Source: the human T2T-CHM13v2.0 reference genome, Homo sapiens
Assembly: GCF_009914755.1 (NCBI RefSeq)
Contig: NC_060932.1
Reading direction: 5' to 3' (one strand)
Length of the DNA stretch: 64,000 nucleotides
In this document: one piece after another, positions 50,960 through 64,000 of the stretch
How positions within the stretch are numbered: position 1 is the stretch's first letter
Layout of the letters: the number at the start of each line of letters is the position of its first letter
Translations under genes and position numbers: made by a program
The notes under the pieces: model-generated
The model's input: the letters and a program-made list of their open reading frames with translations, nothing else
Told to the model about the DNA's origin: nothing
The model's database searches: none

Positions 50960-51342
50960 TAAAAACACTCACTAAAGTGGAACAAGAAGGAAAATTTCCC
51001 AACATGATAAAAATGGCATCTGAAAAAACCCCACAGCTAACATCATACTGAATGGTGCAAGACTGGATGCTTTCCCGCTAAGATTAGGAACAAGACAAAG
51101 ATTCTATTTTTTCTTTCCTGGAAGTTCTAGCCAGGGAAATTAGGCAAGAAAAAGAAAAGGCATCCAGTTTGGAAAAGAAGAAGTAAAATTATTGCTATTT
51201 ACAGAAGACATGGTCTGTATATAGAAAGTGCTAAAAATCCACTAAAAACTACTAAAACTAATAAATTAGTTCAGCAAGTTTGCAGGATACAGGATGAATA
51301 CACAATAATTAACTGTATTCCTACACAGACACAGCAAACAAT
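50960..51342 (+). mobile_element. Old L1M ORF2 (RT region) fragment
   Basis: aaccccacagctaacatcatactgaatggt...gaagttctagccagggaaattaggcaagaaaaagaa is homologous to L1 39720-39870. Confidence 0.8.
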
Positions 51343-51344
51343 AC

Positions 51345-53150
51345 TTTCATCTTAGATTTTCAGAAGTTTGATACTGGAAATGTCTATGTTTGTGTTTATT
51401 TATTATTTATTTTTTACTCAGTACATTTACTGAATAAGTTTTTAGATCTGCAAATTAACTGTTTTGGTAATTATTAATATTATTTACCAAATTTGAGAAA
51501 TTTTATGACCATTATTTAATTTTTTTTTATTTTTGTTGTCTCATTTATTCTCTTCTCTATTCCAAGAGTTGAATTTCATGTATAATAGGCTATTTGAAAT
51601 TATCCTAAATCTCACCATGGCTCTAATCATTTTTTTTAAATATCATTTTCTTTTTTATTTATCAGATTTAACCTTTTTATTGATTTTTCTTCTAGTTCAA
51701 GGTTTTTCATCTGTTCTTTCAAATTTGCTGTTAGCCTACTCAGTTAAATTTCTATTTCTGATAACTTTTTCTTTTTATGGTTTCCATTTTTACCTTTTTG
51801 TAGTTTTCATTTTATTGTTGAGGTTTTCCATACATTCCCTCATATGTCCATATTTTCTTTTAAATCTTTGCACTTGATTTATCAGTCTTTTGAAGTCCTT
51901 TTCTGGTATTTTTTTCTTCTGTTTTGTTTCATGATTGTTCCTATGAACTTCTTTTTCTTAAGTTATTTGTCAAATTTTCCTGATTCATTACAGCCTGCAC
52001 ATTTTTGTTGTATGTTGGCTCTTGTGGGTGATGTGCTATAAGAAGTCTGGATTATAAGGTCTTCCTTTAAAGGAAAGCAAGTATATTATTGTCTGCATCC
52101 TCTCCTGTCATGCTGGTTTTTATACTTTGTGTTAGTCCATTTTCACGCTGCTGATAAACGCTTACGCAAATTATAAAGAAAAAAAGTTTTAACGGGCTCA
52201 CAGTTCCATGTGGCACATGGCTGGGGAGGCCTTATAATCACGGTGGAAGGCAAAAGACATGTCTTACCTGGCAGCAGGCAAGACAGAATCAGAACCAAGC
52301 AAAAGAGGTTTTCCCTTATAAAAACCATCAGATCTCATCAGACTTATTCACTACCATGAGAACAGTATGGAAGAAGCCTTCTCTGTGATTGAATCATCTC
52401 TCACCGGGTCCTCCCACAACACCTGGAAATTATGGGAGCTATAATTCAAGAGGAGATTTGGGTGGGGACACAGCCAAACCAGGTAATACTTCTTGAGAGG
52501 TTAGTGTCTTATTTCTTTTATTACTAGGGAATGACTCTTTTTTCAGGGAATGTTCTTTGCTTCTGAAGTGAGAAATTTCTGGGGTCTCAACTCAATGCCC
52601 AGGGTGCTCAGTCAGGTGTCTCCACTGTGCTGGCCTGAAACTTCAGTGTCTCCTGGTCCTCTATGGCCTCTAGATTTGCTTCAGCTTTCAGCCTGCAGCA
52701 GCCACTGTTGGATCAGCATTTTTAGTCTCTGTGCATGTCCAGCCCAGTTTTCTGCTAAGAGCTGTAATGATCCCCATACAAACTTCTGGGATCCCATTTG
52801 TGCATGATTCCCTCCTCTTGGTAGACTTCCCTCAAATTCAAACATTCATGAATATCATTCAATGCCCCCTCAGCCCAGCTCAACCTCAGCATCTGCCTGG
52901 GCTTCTTGGCCCCACTCCATGAGTAAGAACATGTAGTCAGGAGATGTGAGCATCATCATCGCCTCTGATCAGGTGTTTGCCTTCTTATTAGGATAATTAT
53001 AGTCTTTCTCTGTCTCTTATCCAGTTTCTAAGAACAGTTGCTTCATTCATTCTTATTGTTTGCATTTTATAGTTGTTTATGGTAGGTAGGTAGGTCTGAT
53101 AACAATTCCTCTCACATGGCCATGATAAAGTCACCATTCATTAAGTTTTT
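51345..53150 (-). mobile_element. Very old L1M 5'/ORF1-region relic (T-rich), interrupted by THE1B
   Basis: T-rich composition and blocks such as tttgagaaattttatgaccattattt. Boundaries uncertain. Confidence 0.5.
52128..52486 (-). mobile_element. THE1B solo LTR
   Basis: Homologous to 42347-42711. TSD tactt. Confidence 0.9.
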
Positions 53151-56100
53151 ATTTTCCACAAATTTATTCATTTTTAGAAGTTTGAGTGTATTTTATATCT
53201 GCTCTTTAATTCTCAATAATGTCTTATTTTGCTCATTTTTGTGATAATGCCTTTTATCTTGTTAAACCTTTCATGAGTATTGATTTATTATTATCTATCT
53301 TACAATTCCAAAAACTGCAATCCTTGGTGAATTAAATTATTTCTAATTTCTGCTGACTTACATTCTTGTGGTTGGTATTCTGCATATTTGTTGATCTTTG
53401 ATTTTTGAGATCATTGTTTGATGCTAATTTGTCAAAATCTTCAAGGTCAACATTGGGGAAACCTTCCTCCAAAGTACAGATGTTTATGCAGACTTCCAGG
53501 GGTTAAAACTAGCTACAGATCACTTCAACACCCCTCAAAAGGCTTGACTCAGTTCTGATGCCCAAGGCTTTATTCTCCCACCTCAACTTTGTCCCATGGT
53601 TTCCATGTAAATAGCTTGCAGTTATCAGCACCTGCTGTCAGGGAATCATCCAACTTCCTGTTGTAACATTGGCTTCATCTACATGCTACTTTATCCCTGG
53701 TTCTTTTTATCACCTTCTTACATTGGATGACAAAACAATTGGAAAGATTCATTACATGTTATGAGAAGGATAATTCTTTAAGAGGTATGTCCTCTTCAGA
53801 ATATTTTATGTGAGAGGGACTGTCAGAGCACTTTAGTTAGCAACAGTGCCAGAAATGGACATTGCTCTGTTCTCTACATTCATCTGCTTTTTCATAGGAT
53901 AAGTATTTGCATGTAATAGTATTCTAATTTACACTGGATTTTGCAGTTATACAGAATGGCACTCTAAATTTTTGATATTTATAAACATTGAAAATACATA
54001 TAAACAAAAATAAATAACAAAAAATGTATTTTGATGAGTCTTAGAATGAATGGAGATCCCCAGTCAGAAGAATGTGATTGGTAGAAACATATATTAGGTC
54101 TGTACTATTGAGAACAAGACAGATATTTGGAGGGTGCAACTACTTTATCAATTTTGACTTCACATTTAGTGCAGCACCAGATGCATGTTTACTTGATCCA
54201 AAGTATATATCTTATGTAAAATGTATGCAGAAGTAAATCTGCATGTACTAAATGTACTTCTAGAGGTCTAGTTGAGTAGAGATTAATCTGGGTCAGGGAC
54301 TTGATAGACAAGTGCCTGCCTAAAGAAAGAAAGACAGGAAATAAGTATTTGTTTGAATGAATGACTAAATGGGTATAGCTAAATTATATAGTTACCAAAG
54401 TGGAGCCTCTCAAATTAATTGCCTTATAGGTTACCTGAAGTGCCAGAAAGTTTTGTCATGCCCCTTTTTCCCCCTTGGTTATGTTGAGTGAAAGCACAGG
54501 TGAGTATGATTTGATAAGCTTGACATCCAATAAATGTCTATCTCTGCGTAGTTCTCATACCCTAAGAAGGCCATGACTACCAAGAGAAGGTGGGGTTCCC
54601 AAGGCTCAAACTTGAGAGAAAGTCTTCATGATTAAGCAGAAGGAGCATAAGACTTGGGACCAGATGGACCTGAGTTTAAACCCAAGACCTGCTCTGTGCT
54701 CTGTGAACATGGAAAGCTTCCTTAATCACATAGAACTTCAGCTTCATCTCACCTATAATGTGATTAGAAACACCTCCATTGCTATAGAATGGTGGTAATA
54801 AATGGGATAAAGTACATTAAAGTGCTTTGAAAGCATTTTCATACTACACAAAGGAAATGAGAATAGAACAAGGCTGCCGAACGCTTCTTGAATGCAGACA
54901 TAGCAGCGTTAAGACATATCAGGTTAATCTTCTCAGGATTCTGAGTTACCAGGAAAATGCGAGCAAACAATTTTGAGCTTAACTTCCAAAGTAACTTGGC
55001 AGTGAATCTGAATCAGACAATGTTTAAAATGTTTAAGTGAATTCATTCTTTATAAATTAGGTTGAACACACAAAGAAAAAAGTAATTTCCCATTCTTCTA
55101 CTTTCTGGAGGATATTTAACTATTGGGAGTTATGATTCCAAGAGCCCTCAGGCACAAGAAAAATGTGGCCATTTGCATATTAGACCTCAGAGACTTCTTC
55201 TATAGCAGCTGCTTTTCTTGTAGCCTCAGGGTTGGAAAAGCCAAGTTATTCTGGGCCAAGCAAGTTGTGTTTGTTAAAAACAAGAAAATAAATAAAAATA
55301 CGACAAAGCAGTAAAGTCACATTAGGCTGAAAATCAGGTGAGAGGCTTATCTCAGCTCTGCCTGCCAAAAGCATTGTGGCCTTGAGCCTGGGCCCAGGGA
55401 AAGCCGTCCAGACTGGTTGGATCTTTCTTGGCTCTATCCTTTTTCATGTCTGAGTCTGCAACGCTTGACAAGGGGCTTGAGCTACTTTTGCTGACCAGGA
55501 AGTTTTTCCAAGCATCACCTTCCTCCTTCTACTTGGAATGTGCTCCCTTTCGCAGGTGTCCTGGATTCCATCCTGACAACTTGCCATGGTTCTCCCCTGT
55601 CTAGACCACAAGTTGGATGAGTGATGTGCTTCACTTTTCAGCTCATTTTCTCCCCAGATTCTGTTCTCTTCCTGGCTTCATACTCTCCAGGCTCCTAATG
55701 CATAACACTCTGTCTCAATGCCCAAACTGGACTCTTGGTGGTATTATCCAATCCAGACCCAACATAGCAGCTAGATTGTCATTTTTATTTTTCTGCTTCT
55801 AACTGCATCAAGAAACATTCTCATTATCCTACAGTTGTGAATGATCTCTCTCTTTGAAATCTAATCACACTGTTTTTCACATGTGGAACTTTGCACACTT
55901 TCAGTGATGTCTTATCTCCCCATTATGCGATGAACAAGGTAGGATCCGTATATGATCTTCTCACTGCATCTTCCCACTGCCTGTTCATGGTGGCAGCTCT
56001 CCTCCGATGCCTTTGCTGACACAGCCTCCTCTAGTGGAATCAGGGCTAGAACCTCTTCTCATTTTCCTACACTGTACTCTTGCACATATTGTGTCTCTCT

Positions 56101-57483
56101 GAAATTCTCTTCTCTTTCTTTGTTTGGTTAATTCCAACTCTTCCTTAGGATTCTAGCCTAATCATCATTTACTTAGAGACATGGCTTTAACTGCCTATAA
56201 ATCCTGATTGCATCAGTCTTGTGAATCTGTCTTTCATGGTGCTGGTTCAGGTATATTCTACTTTTTACTGCAAGACTTTTAGCTCTTTGATGACAGAAAG
56301 AGTAGCTAATTTTGCCCACCATATTTTCCCCAGCATTTACAATAGTGCTTGGTCCATACTTTATTTTAAAAACAAATAAAATAAATGGTCCACAAGTGAA
56401 CAACAAACTTTTACTAAATGAATGAATGGATACATAGTTTCAGGGTTCATTGTTTTCATCAGTGACTATGGCAGGGTCTTTCCATCTTGGTCACCCAAAG
56501 ACTTTCAGTTCACTTTGGAAAATACAACCAAGACTTACAGTTTCGTGGCTCCCGCAGGCTTCCTGATGTCAGGAAATTGCTCTCTCTGCAATGAAAACAG
56601 CGGGCATCAAGTCTACAAGCCTGTACATAAAAGGATCCATTATCCCTCGAGCCAAATGTCACTGCTGGAATGGCTTCCAAATGCTGCCAAAAAGAACATT
56701 ATTAATAACAGTAATGATAATAATAGTGATCGTAATAACACATATTAAATTTTAATTTATATGACACCCAAGCCCCACAGCTCTGAGAGGGAATCATTCT
56801 CATAGTAAAGGGGAAGAAATAAAGCAAAACTCCAATTGAAAGCAAATATGATACAATTTGGGCTCAGAGCCAGGCTTTAAGCTGCTTTGTGGGGACAGAA
56901 CAAGAAAAGAACCTCACCAGGCTTCAGACCTAGTCAGACTCCACATGAGAGTTCTGAATTTCGGGGATACTACAGAGAGGGGTGGAAACATATGTATCAG
57001 TCTCATTTCAAGATAAGTACTCTTCATCATTTTAACTCAAAGCATATAAAATGTGGCTCTAGGAGTCCCTGAAGGAGTCAGAAGGAGACCTGTCTGAAGG
57101 CAATCAGAGTCTATGTCTACACTGAGGGGCTATGGAGAAAAGGCTTAGATGGGTTGAAGAGTCAGTGTGCTGGGTTGTGTATACATATACAATGGTAAAA
57201 TATTTGCAAAATAAAAAAAGATAAAGTAAATATTTTCACGGTCGTTAGGATACTTGAAACATTTCACACATATCAAATTTTAATGACTCTAAAATGGTAA
57301 CAGCCACAAAGAAGAATAGTTTTAATTTACTGTGGCAATGCTGTGTAATGTTGAGGGTATGGGCTTCGGAAGTCTGGCACACTGGGCTTGGGTCATGCCT
57401 ACTCTGTTTACTGGGAAATCTTAAATATGTCACATAAATTCCCCAAATTCCCATTTCACGGTGTTAAATTGAGAGCAATAATA

Positions 57484-57983
57484 GAATACTGGTCAAGGTT
57501 CTCCAGAGAAACAGAACCAATTTTATGTAGATAGACAGATGGATAGATATGAATGAAGGAACTGGCTCATGCTATTTTAGGTAAAGAAGTCTCACAGTCT
57601 GCCATCTGCAAGCTGAAGATCCAAGAAAGTTGGTGATGTAATACCGTCAGAGTCCAGAGGCTTAAGAACCATGGAAGCTGATGGTATAGGTCACATTCCA
57701 AGTACAAAGGCCCAAGAAATAGGAACAGCAATGTGCAAGGACAGAAGAGGGATGTCCCAGCCCAAAAGCAACTTTTTACTTCCTCTACCTTTTTGTTTTA
57801 TTCAGGCCCTCAACAAATGAGATGATGCCCTCCCACCTCGGTGAGGGTGATTTTTACCCAGTCTACTGATTGAAATGCTAAGCTCTTCCAGAAACACTCT
57901 CACAGACACACCCAGAGTAATGGTTTCCTAGCTATCTGTGCACGCCTTATCAAAGTCAAGTTGACATAACGTTAACCATCCTA
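57484..57983 (-). mobile_element. MLT2 (ERVL) solo LTR
   Basis: ggttctccagagaaacagaaccaa ... gtcaagttgacataacgttaaccatc. Confidence 0.85.
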
Positions 57984-58585
57984 TAAAGAGTTTAACCTCG
58001 TAGGTTAAAAAATCCTCAATGAGAATCTCTCATTCAATAAAACTTCATTGAGTACTATGAAATAGTTCACACTTGAAGCAAAATAAGAAAGTAATCCAAC
58101 AGACCTCCGTATATATAGAACTAAGATTTAATAAACATTTGCCAAGCAGGTCTGTGTATCCATTTTTAAGTTGAATGGATCTGTGGGCAAGTAGATTTTA
58201 GAGACTGAGAACTTGGAAGACAGGATTCTTCCCTGCCTTGTATGTATGATCTGGGACTTGGGGGAGTAGCCAGAGGCAGATGAATAATTACTTTAAAATT
58301 AATCACTGCATAACCTTCATTTCCAGGCCACAACTTGCCCCAGGCTGAATGATAATTCAAGATACCATACTTTTCTGTGTGTCAATCCTTTTCATTAGAG
58401 ATAAAACACTAATCTATATTCTGATCTTAATCTATAGCAGGTAAAGAATATGATGGTTTTTTAAAATAAAAATATAATACATGCATGTGCTAAAAATTTT
58501 AAACTATTGAAATGATACACCTTTTTATTAACAGTTAAGAGCTCCTTGTTTCTCCATCCATAATTTTTCTTTTTTGAAGTTATTT

Positions 58586-58889
58586 CATGTTATGCAATTT
58601 TTTTTTAGAGACAGGGTCTCGCTCTGTCACCTAGGCTGGAGTGTAGTGGCATGATCATAGCTAACTACAGCCTTGAACTCCTGGGCTCAAGTGATCTTCC
58701 TGCTCAGCATCCCTAGTAGCTAGGATTATAGGTGCATGCCATCACTCCTGGCTAATTTTTTTTACTTTTATTTTTTGTAAAGGTGATGTCTTACTGTGTT
58801 GCCCAGGCTGGTCTCAAATTCCTGGCCTCAGCTGATTCTCCCACTTCAGCCTCACAAAGTCCTGAAATTACAGATGTGAATCACCCACA
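58586..58889 (-). mobile_element. AluJ (Jo/Jr-like)
   Basis: gatcatagct...cagccttgaactcctgggctcaag diagnostics. TSD ttgaagttattt. Confidence 0.9.
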
Positions 58890-59722
58890 TTGAAGTTATT
58901 TTGAAACTAGATTTAACTGACATGACTACACATGTCATAAACACCTTACAAACTGTCAAATTATAATAATGTTCACAATTATTGAATGCATATTATATGC
59001 TAGTCAATTTTCTAAGCACTTTATATGCATTACTACATTTAGTTTTCACAAAACAACTGATTTACAAGCTGTGAGGCTTGAATCAAGTTCTTTAACTTTT
59101 CTGAAGACCAGTATCTTCCTATGTAAAATAAAGATAGCATTGCTATTCTTGCAGGGTTGATCTATGCACAATGCATTGTATGGTTTCTGGCACCTACTAG
59201 AGGCTTAACCATAGTGACTACAGCCTATTTCTCATACCTTTTCTCCATGTGAATAACACATAAGGCTAGGTTCCATTCTGATCACCTTAGCTTGTGTTAT
59301 ATAGGAAGGCCCTTACTATTTGAATCTCTGGGTTTCGTTTATTTTGGATAAACATGTCTGGTGTGTATTAGATAAGTTTAATTATTTTGTGATTCCTGAA
59401 CACACAGCTATTCAATTTTATCATTACTGCAAACATTAGATGGAGAGATTTTTACTTTTAATTTTTTATTCTTCCTTTAAAAAATCATTGTAATGTCTTT
59501 AGACATGTGGGCACTACTAAGAAAAGGTTAGCCAAAATTTTTATTTGTTTATTTATTCACTCTCCAATTATGCTTTGAGAAAAAGCTGGTTGGATAATTC
59601 TTTTCTTCAGGCTAGGATATTAAATTATGTGGTCATAGACAAGCTCAAGTAGCAAAATCAGAGTCCCCTGAGGTTTGAATTTGAAACAAACTATCCATAA
59701 CTCTCAGAATAATCCTCTAGAG

Positions 59723-60055
59723 AAGGGGTCCCCAACTCCCAGGCTGAGGACCTGCCTGTGGCCTGTGAGGAACTGGCCACACAGCAGGAGATAAGTGGTG
59801 GTCAGGCCAGCGAGCATTACCGCCTGAGCTCCGCCTCTTGTCAGATTAGCGGGAGCATTAGATTCTCATAGGAGAGTGAACCCTATTGTTAACTGTGTAT
59901 GCAAATGATCTAGGTTGCATGCTCCTTATGAGAATTTCATGCCTTATGATCTGAGGTGAAACAGTTTTACCCTGAAACCATCCCCTGGCCCCGTCCATGA
60001 TAAAATTGTCTTCCACGAAACCAGTCCTTGGTGCCAAAAAGGTTTGGGACCGCCT
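59723..60055 (+). mobile_element. MER1B (hAT-Charlie MITE)
   Basis: TIRs aggggtccccaac ... ggtttgggaccgc. 8-bp TSD-like flanks ctctagag/ccttagag. Confidence 0.9.
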
Positions 60056-61100
60056 CCTTAGAGATGACGTAATTATCCCACCCACTTCAGAACGATCTCA
60101 AACTTACCATTGACCAGGTTGCACAAACCCCACGTTGAGACATTGGAGATCTATCAATAAGTTATTTTCTAATTTGTGGACCTTTCTCTATAAAAAGTCA
60201 CAAAAATATAAATTTAACACACATTATATTTTTATAAACCATGTTGAATGAATATTATGCAAAAAGTCAGACACAACTTAGTAGAAAAGATAAGAGAACT
60301 ACAGTATGTGTAATGTCATTTTAATAATTTTATCCATATAGACAGATGAGGAAGGAAAAACCATTTTAGGCAGAGTGATGACTGTCTTCAAAGGCATGGA
60401 TGCCCCCTTTAAGGAACTCAAAAGTAATTCTATTTGGTTCTTAGGAACCTGCTGGGGGACCGTGTACACCATTCAAGAGGCTTGAGTTTATTTGCAATGG
60501 GGAATGGCTGATATATTTGAAAGCAGGAAAGTGAGGTGATTAAATTTACATTATACTATGATAAGTCTTTCTAGACGTATTGAATAAATTAGATAAATAT
60601 TGAATTAAATTATGATAAAAATATTAAATAAACTAATATTATAAAAATTAGATAATTTGTAAAATTAAATTGAGCTAGTAGATTGGAAAGTGGCTGGCTG
60701 AATGCATCTCCCTCTTAACCCCTTGTCAGAAGGATGCTGAAATAGTTGGTATGAGGAATAATAGGCAATTCAAAGAGGTCAGTGGTAGTGAGGACAAAGC
60801 AGAGGAGAAACAATCCACAAATATTCTCCATGTGAGGCCCTTGACCCAACATAATTAAAATGATACTGAATGGAGATATAGTTTAAGGAGATGGAATGGA
60901 CAAGACTGAGAGGTCTATCATGGGTGGATGGCGAGGGCGTGGCAGAAGTTTATGGTCCTTAGCAAGGGCATCTGGGGAAAGATGAGATTCAGCAGTATAT
61001 AAAGAGTAGTTAGAATGAATGGGAATTTAGAAATTGCCCAAGGTAGAGTGAAAAAAGTTGGATCATGGAACCTGGCAGAGAGGGGCATGAGAATTTATCC

Positions 61101-61301
61101 TAATAAATAACTAATGTAATTATTAATTGATTAGTAATAACCAATGTAATTATTAATTAATTAGTAATAAGTAATGTAATTATTAATTAGTAACCATTAA
61201 TGCGATTAATTAATTAGTAATAATTAATGCAATTATTAAATAATTGGTAATAATTAATGCAATTATTAATTAATTCATAATAATTAATAATAAGTAATGT
61301 A
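61101..61301. repeat. AT-rich ~30-bp minisatellite (~6 copies)
   Basis: Unit approximately ttaatgtaattattaattaattagtaataa. Confidence 0.9.
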
Positions 61302-61407
61302 TTTTAAGCCATGCAAGACCTATGATAATGACCTACCAGGTGTTAACCTTAATTTGGATTACGAATCCCAGCATAATAGGCCCCTGGCTATTTTTCAGAT
61401 TTCCTTT

Positions 61408-62030
61408 TAATTTTACTTATTTATTTTTAATTTTTTCATAAGTTATTGTGGGTACTGGTGGTATTTGGTTACGAGTAAGTTTTTTGGTGGTGATACTGAA
61501 ATTTTGGTGCACTCATCACTCAAGCAGTATACACTGCACTGTATTTGTAGTCTTATTCCTCATCCCCCTCCCACTTTTCCCCACAAGTTGCCAAAGTCCA
61601 TTGTATCATTCTTATGCCTTTGCATCTTCATAGCTTAGCTCCCACGCATCAGTGAGAACATACAATGTTTGGTTTTCCATTCCTGAGTTACTTCACTTAG
61701 AATAATAGTCTCCAATCTCATCCAGGTCACTGCAAATGCTGTTAGTTCATTCCTTTTTCTGCATAGTATTCCATCATGTGTGTATACTGCAGTTTCTTTA
61801 TCCACTCGTTGATTGATGGGCATTTGGGTTGGTTCCACGATTTTGCAATTGTGAATTGTGCTGCTATAAACACGTGTGAGCAAGTATCTTTTTCAAATAA
61901 TGACTTCTTTTCCTCTGGGTAGATACCCAGTAGTGGGATTGCTGGATCAAATGGTAGTTCTACTCTTAGTTCTTTAAGGAATCACCACACTGTTTCCCAC
62001 AGTGGCTGTACTAGTTTACATTCCCACCAG
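61408..62030 (-). mobile_element. 5'-truncated L1PB1-type 3' end
   Basis: ORF2 C-terminal remnant (WMRLETIILSEVTQEWKTKH), L1PB-type 3'UTR, TSD-like cagattt. Confidence 0.88.
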
Positions 62031-62327
62031 CAGATTTTCTTTCCTACACATCTCCTTCTCACTTTGTCTGCTCAACTACTGGCCTCCGTCATGCTTATAG
62101 AACATGCCAGGAATGTTTTTCCTCAGGGGCTTTGCACTTGCTTTGTCCTCTGATGTGGACATCTTTCCCCCACTTGTTCTCAAGGCTCCCTCTCTTGTAT
62201 AGTCCAGCTCTCTGTCCATATTCTAGTTCCTCTGATAGAACACCCTCAGCATTCCCATCTAACCTAGGACCTCTGCCCCACAATCACTTACCACACATTT
62301 ACCCAGCTTTATTTTTCAAAAGGACTT

Positions 62328-62744
62328 TGTGTTGATTTCCTAGGGCTGCTGTAACAAAGTACCACAACCGGGTAGCTTAAAACAACAGAAATGGATTCTC
62401 TGACAGTTCTGGAGACCAGTGTTATTAGAGCCGTGCTCCTTCTGAGGACTCTAAAGAGGACGCCTTCCTGCGTCTTCCTAGCTTCAGGAGGTTGTGGGCA
62501 ATTCTTGGTGTTCCTTGGCTTGTTTCCACATCTCCATCTTCACATGACCTTCTTCCCTGTGTGTGTGTGTGTGTTTGTGTGTGTGTGTCTCCTTGCCTCT
62601 TCCTATAAGAACACTGGGACTCTGATTTAGGGTCTGTCATACTTCACCTTAACTAATTACATCTGCAAAGACCTTATTTCCCAACAAGATCACATTATGG
62701 GGCACCACGTGGATGTGAATTCTGGACACTGTTCAACCACCACA
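62328..62744 (-). mobile_element. MLT1B-type solo LTR within an L2 relic
   Basis: TG...CA termini, TSD gactt, ctgctgtaacaaagtaccac block. Confidence 0.85.
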
Positions 62745-63810
62745 GACTTGTTTATATTTGATGTTATGTGTGTATGTATTTGTTTGTTTCACCCTACTAA
62801 AATGTTAACTCTGCAAGGGTAAGAATTAATCTCTTCGGTTCTTTGGTATATCCACAATGCTTTGTGGATGAATAATCAATATCTGCCACACTAAGAAACT
62901 CTGTTTTACATATAATGTAAATAACATATTTAGAAAAACAAATTTGAAGATCCAAAACAATTTTGAAGATCCAAATTCCAAGATGTTTGGGGTTATTTCT
63001 GCATCTCATTTTGCATTTTATATTTAATGTTTTTGTTTATGTTACCTTCCTTTTTTCACTTTCTGTTAGAAAAATTGAATTTTATCTAAATCTATTTCCC
63101 TTTTACTTGTTTAGAAGTTAATTATTTATTGTAATCATGTCATAGCTCCCTTCAATTATAATAGCATCCTTACAAAATTCAACATTAATCAATAATTATA
63201 TTCTCCTCTCTCATAATACAATCTACTATACAAGTTCCAAATGATTATGCTCATAATTTTTATTCTTACAGTTAACGCTTATTCAAATTTGTTATCTGAT
63301 ATGAGACAATGGGCTTTTTAAAAAAAAGTACAATTGTCTGTAAAGCAGGCAAACAAACAAACAAAAAACACTTCTAGGCCAACAAATACAAACCTAGATT
63401 CAAATGTTTTCCTAAAACAAGACATGAATTTGTAGTTTATTTTTCCACTAGAGAGAGGAAGAATGTATGGTAGCCTAATGCAAAATAATGTTTTTAAACC
63501 CATAGATTTATCCATTTTGTTTGTTTATCTGTGCTTACTGAATTTTACTCTTCCTGCCTTCCAATCCTGTTATTCTAAAATGCATTTTTAATGCAACATA
63601 TTTTAGTAAGAGCCTGTGAAAATTGATCCAAAAATATCTTTATGCCGCTCTCACTTTTGAAAGGTAATATATCTGGCTCTAGAATTCTGGGTTGACAGTT
63701 ATTTTCCTCAGAATTGTGACGATATTAAGATATTATTTTGTTGTCTTCTGGCATCTGCTGTTGCTGATGAAAAGCCCACTAACAGTGCTATTTGTTGTAC
63801 CCAGAATTAA

Positions 63811-63813
<3 letters not shown>

Positions 63814-63858
<45 letters not shown>

Positions 63859-63885
63859 GATTATATATATACATATACAGATATG
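63814..63885. repeat. (TA)n microsatellite
   Basis: Read directly from the sequence. Confidence 0.92.
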
Positions 63886-64000
63886 ATATTAAATGATAAC
63901 CATTTAATTCTGGGAACAACAGATACACTGCCAGTGGGATATCTATATCTGTATCTACATCTATTTTTGGTTGTTTTTCTTGAATGTTCTGCACTTTTGT

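Noticed and set aside
51533-52041. Hydrophobic Phe/Leu-rich ORFs resembling membrane proteins
   Set aside because: They come from the T-rich antisense strand of an old L1 relic.

Overview
Primate (almost certainly human) non-coding genomic DNA, either intergenic or deep intronic and dominated by interspersed repeats. I found no host protein-coding exon, RNA gene or CRISPR array. The main features are three young LINE-1 copies with target-site duplications (TSDs). The first is a near-full-length L1PA4-type element (7.3-13.5 kb, minus strand). The second is a full-length human-specific L1HS pre-Ta (35.8-41.9 kb, plus) with intact ORF1 and broken ORF2. The third is a 5'-truncated, 5'-inverted L1PA3/PA2-type copy (43.8-46.4 kb). 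There are also nine Alus, several solo MaLR/ERVL LTRs, a degenerate two-LTR ERV-L-class provirus with a dUTPase remnant, Tigger/hAT MITEs, MIR/L2 relics and microsatellites. The most notable observations are: (i) a 5x tandem amplification of a 17-bp unit inside the ~129-bp ZNF93-target segment of the L1PA4 promoter; (ii) an apparent ancient L1 3' transduction that ended at a captured MST LTR's own poly(A) signal; (iii) shared non-consensus bases between two L1s 36.6 kb apart, suggesting gene conversion; and (iv) a ~2.4-kb convergent L1 inverted repeat. Subfamily names come from recalled consensus sequences, not from a database search, and boundaries of old repeats are approximate.
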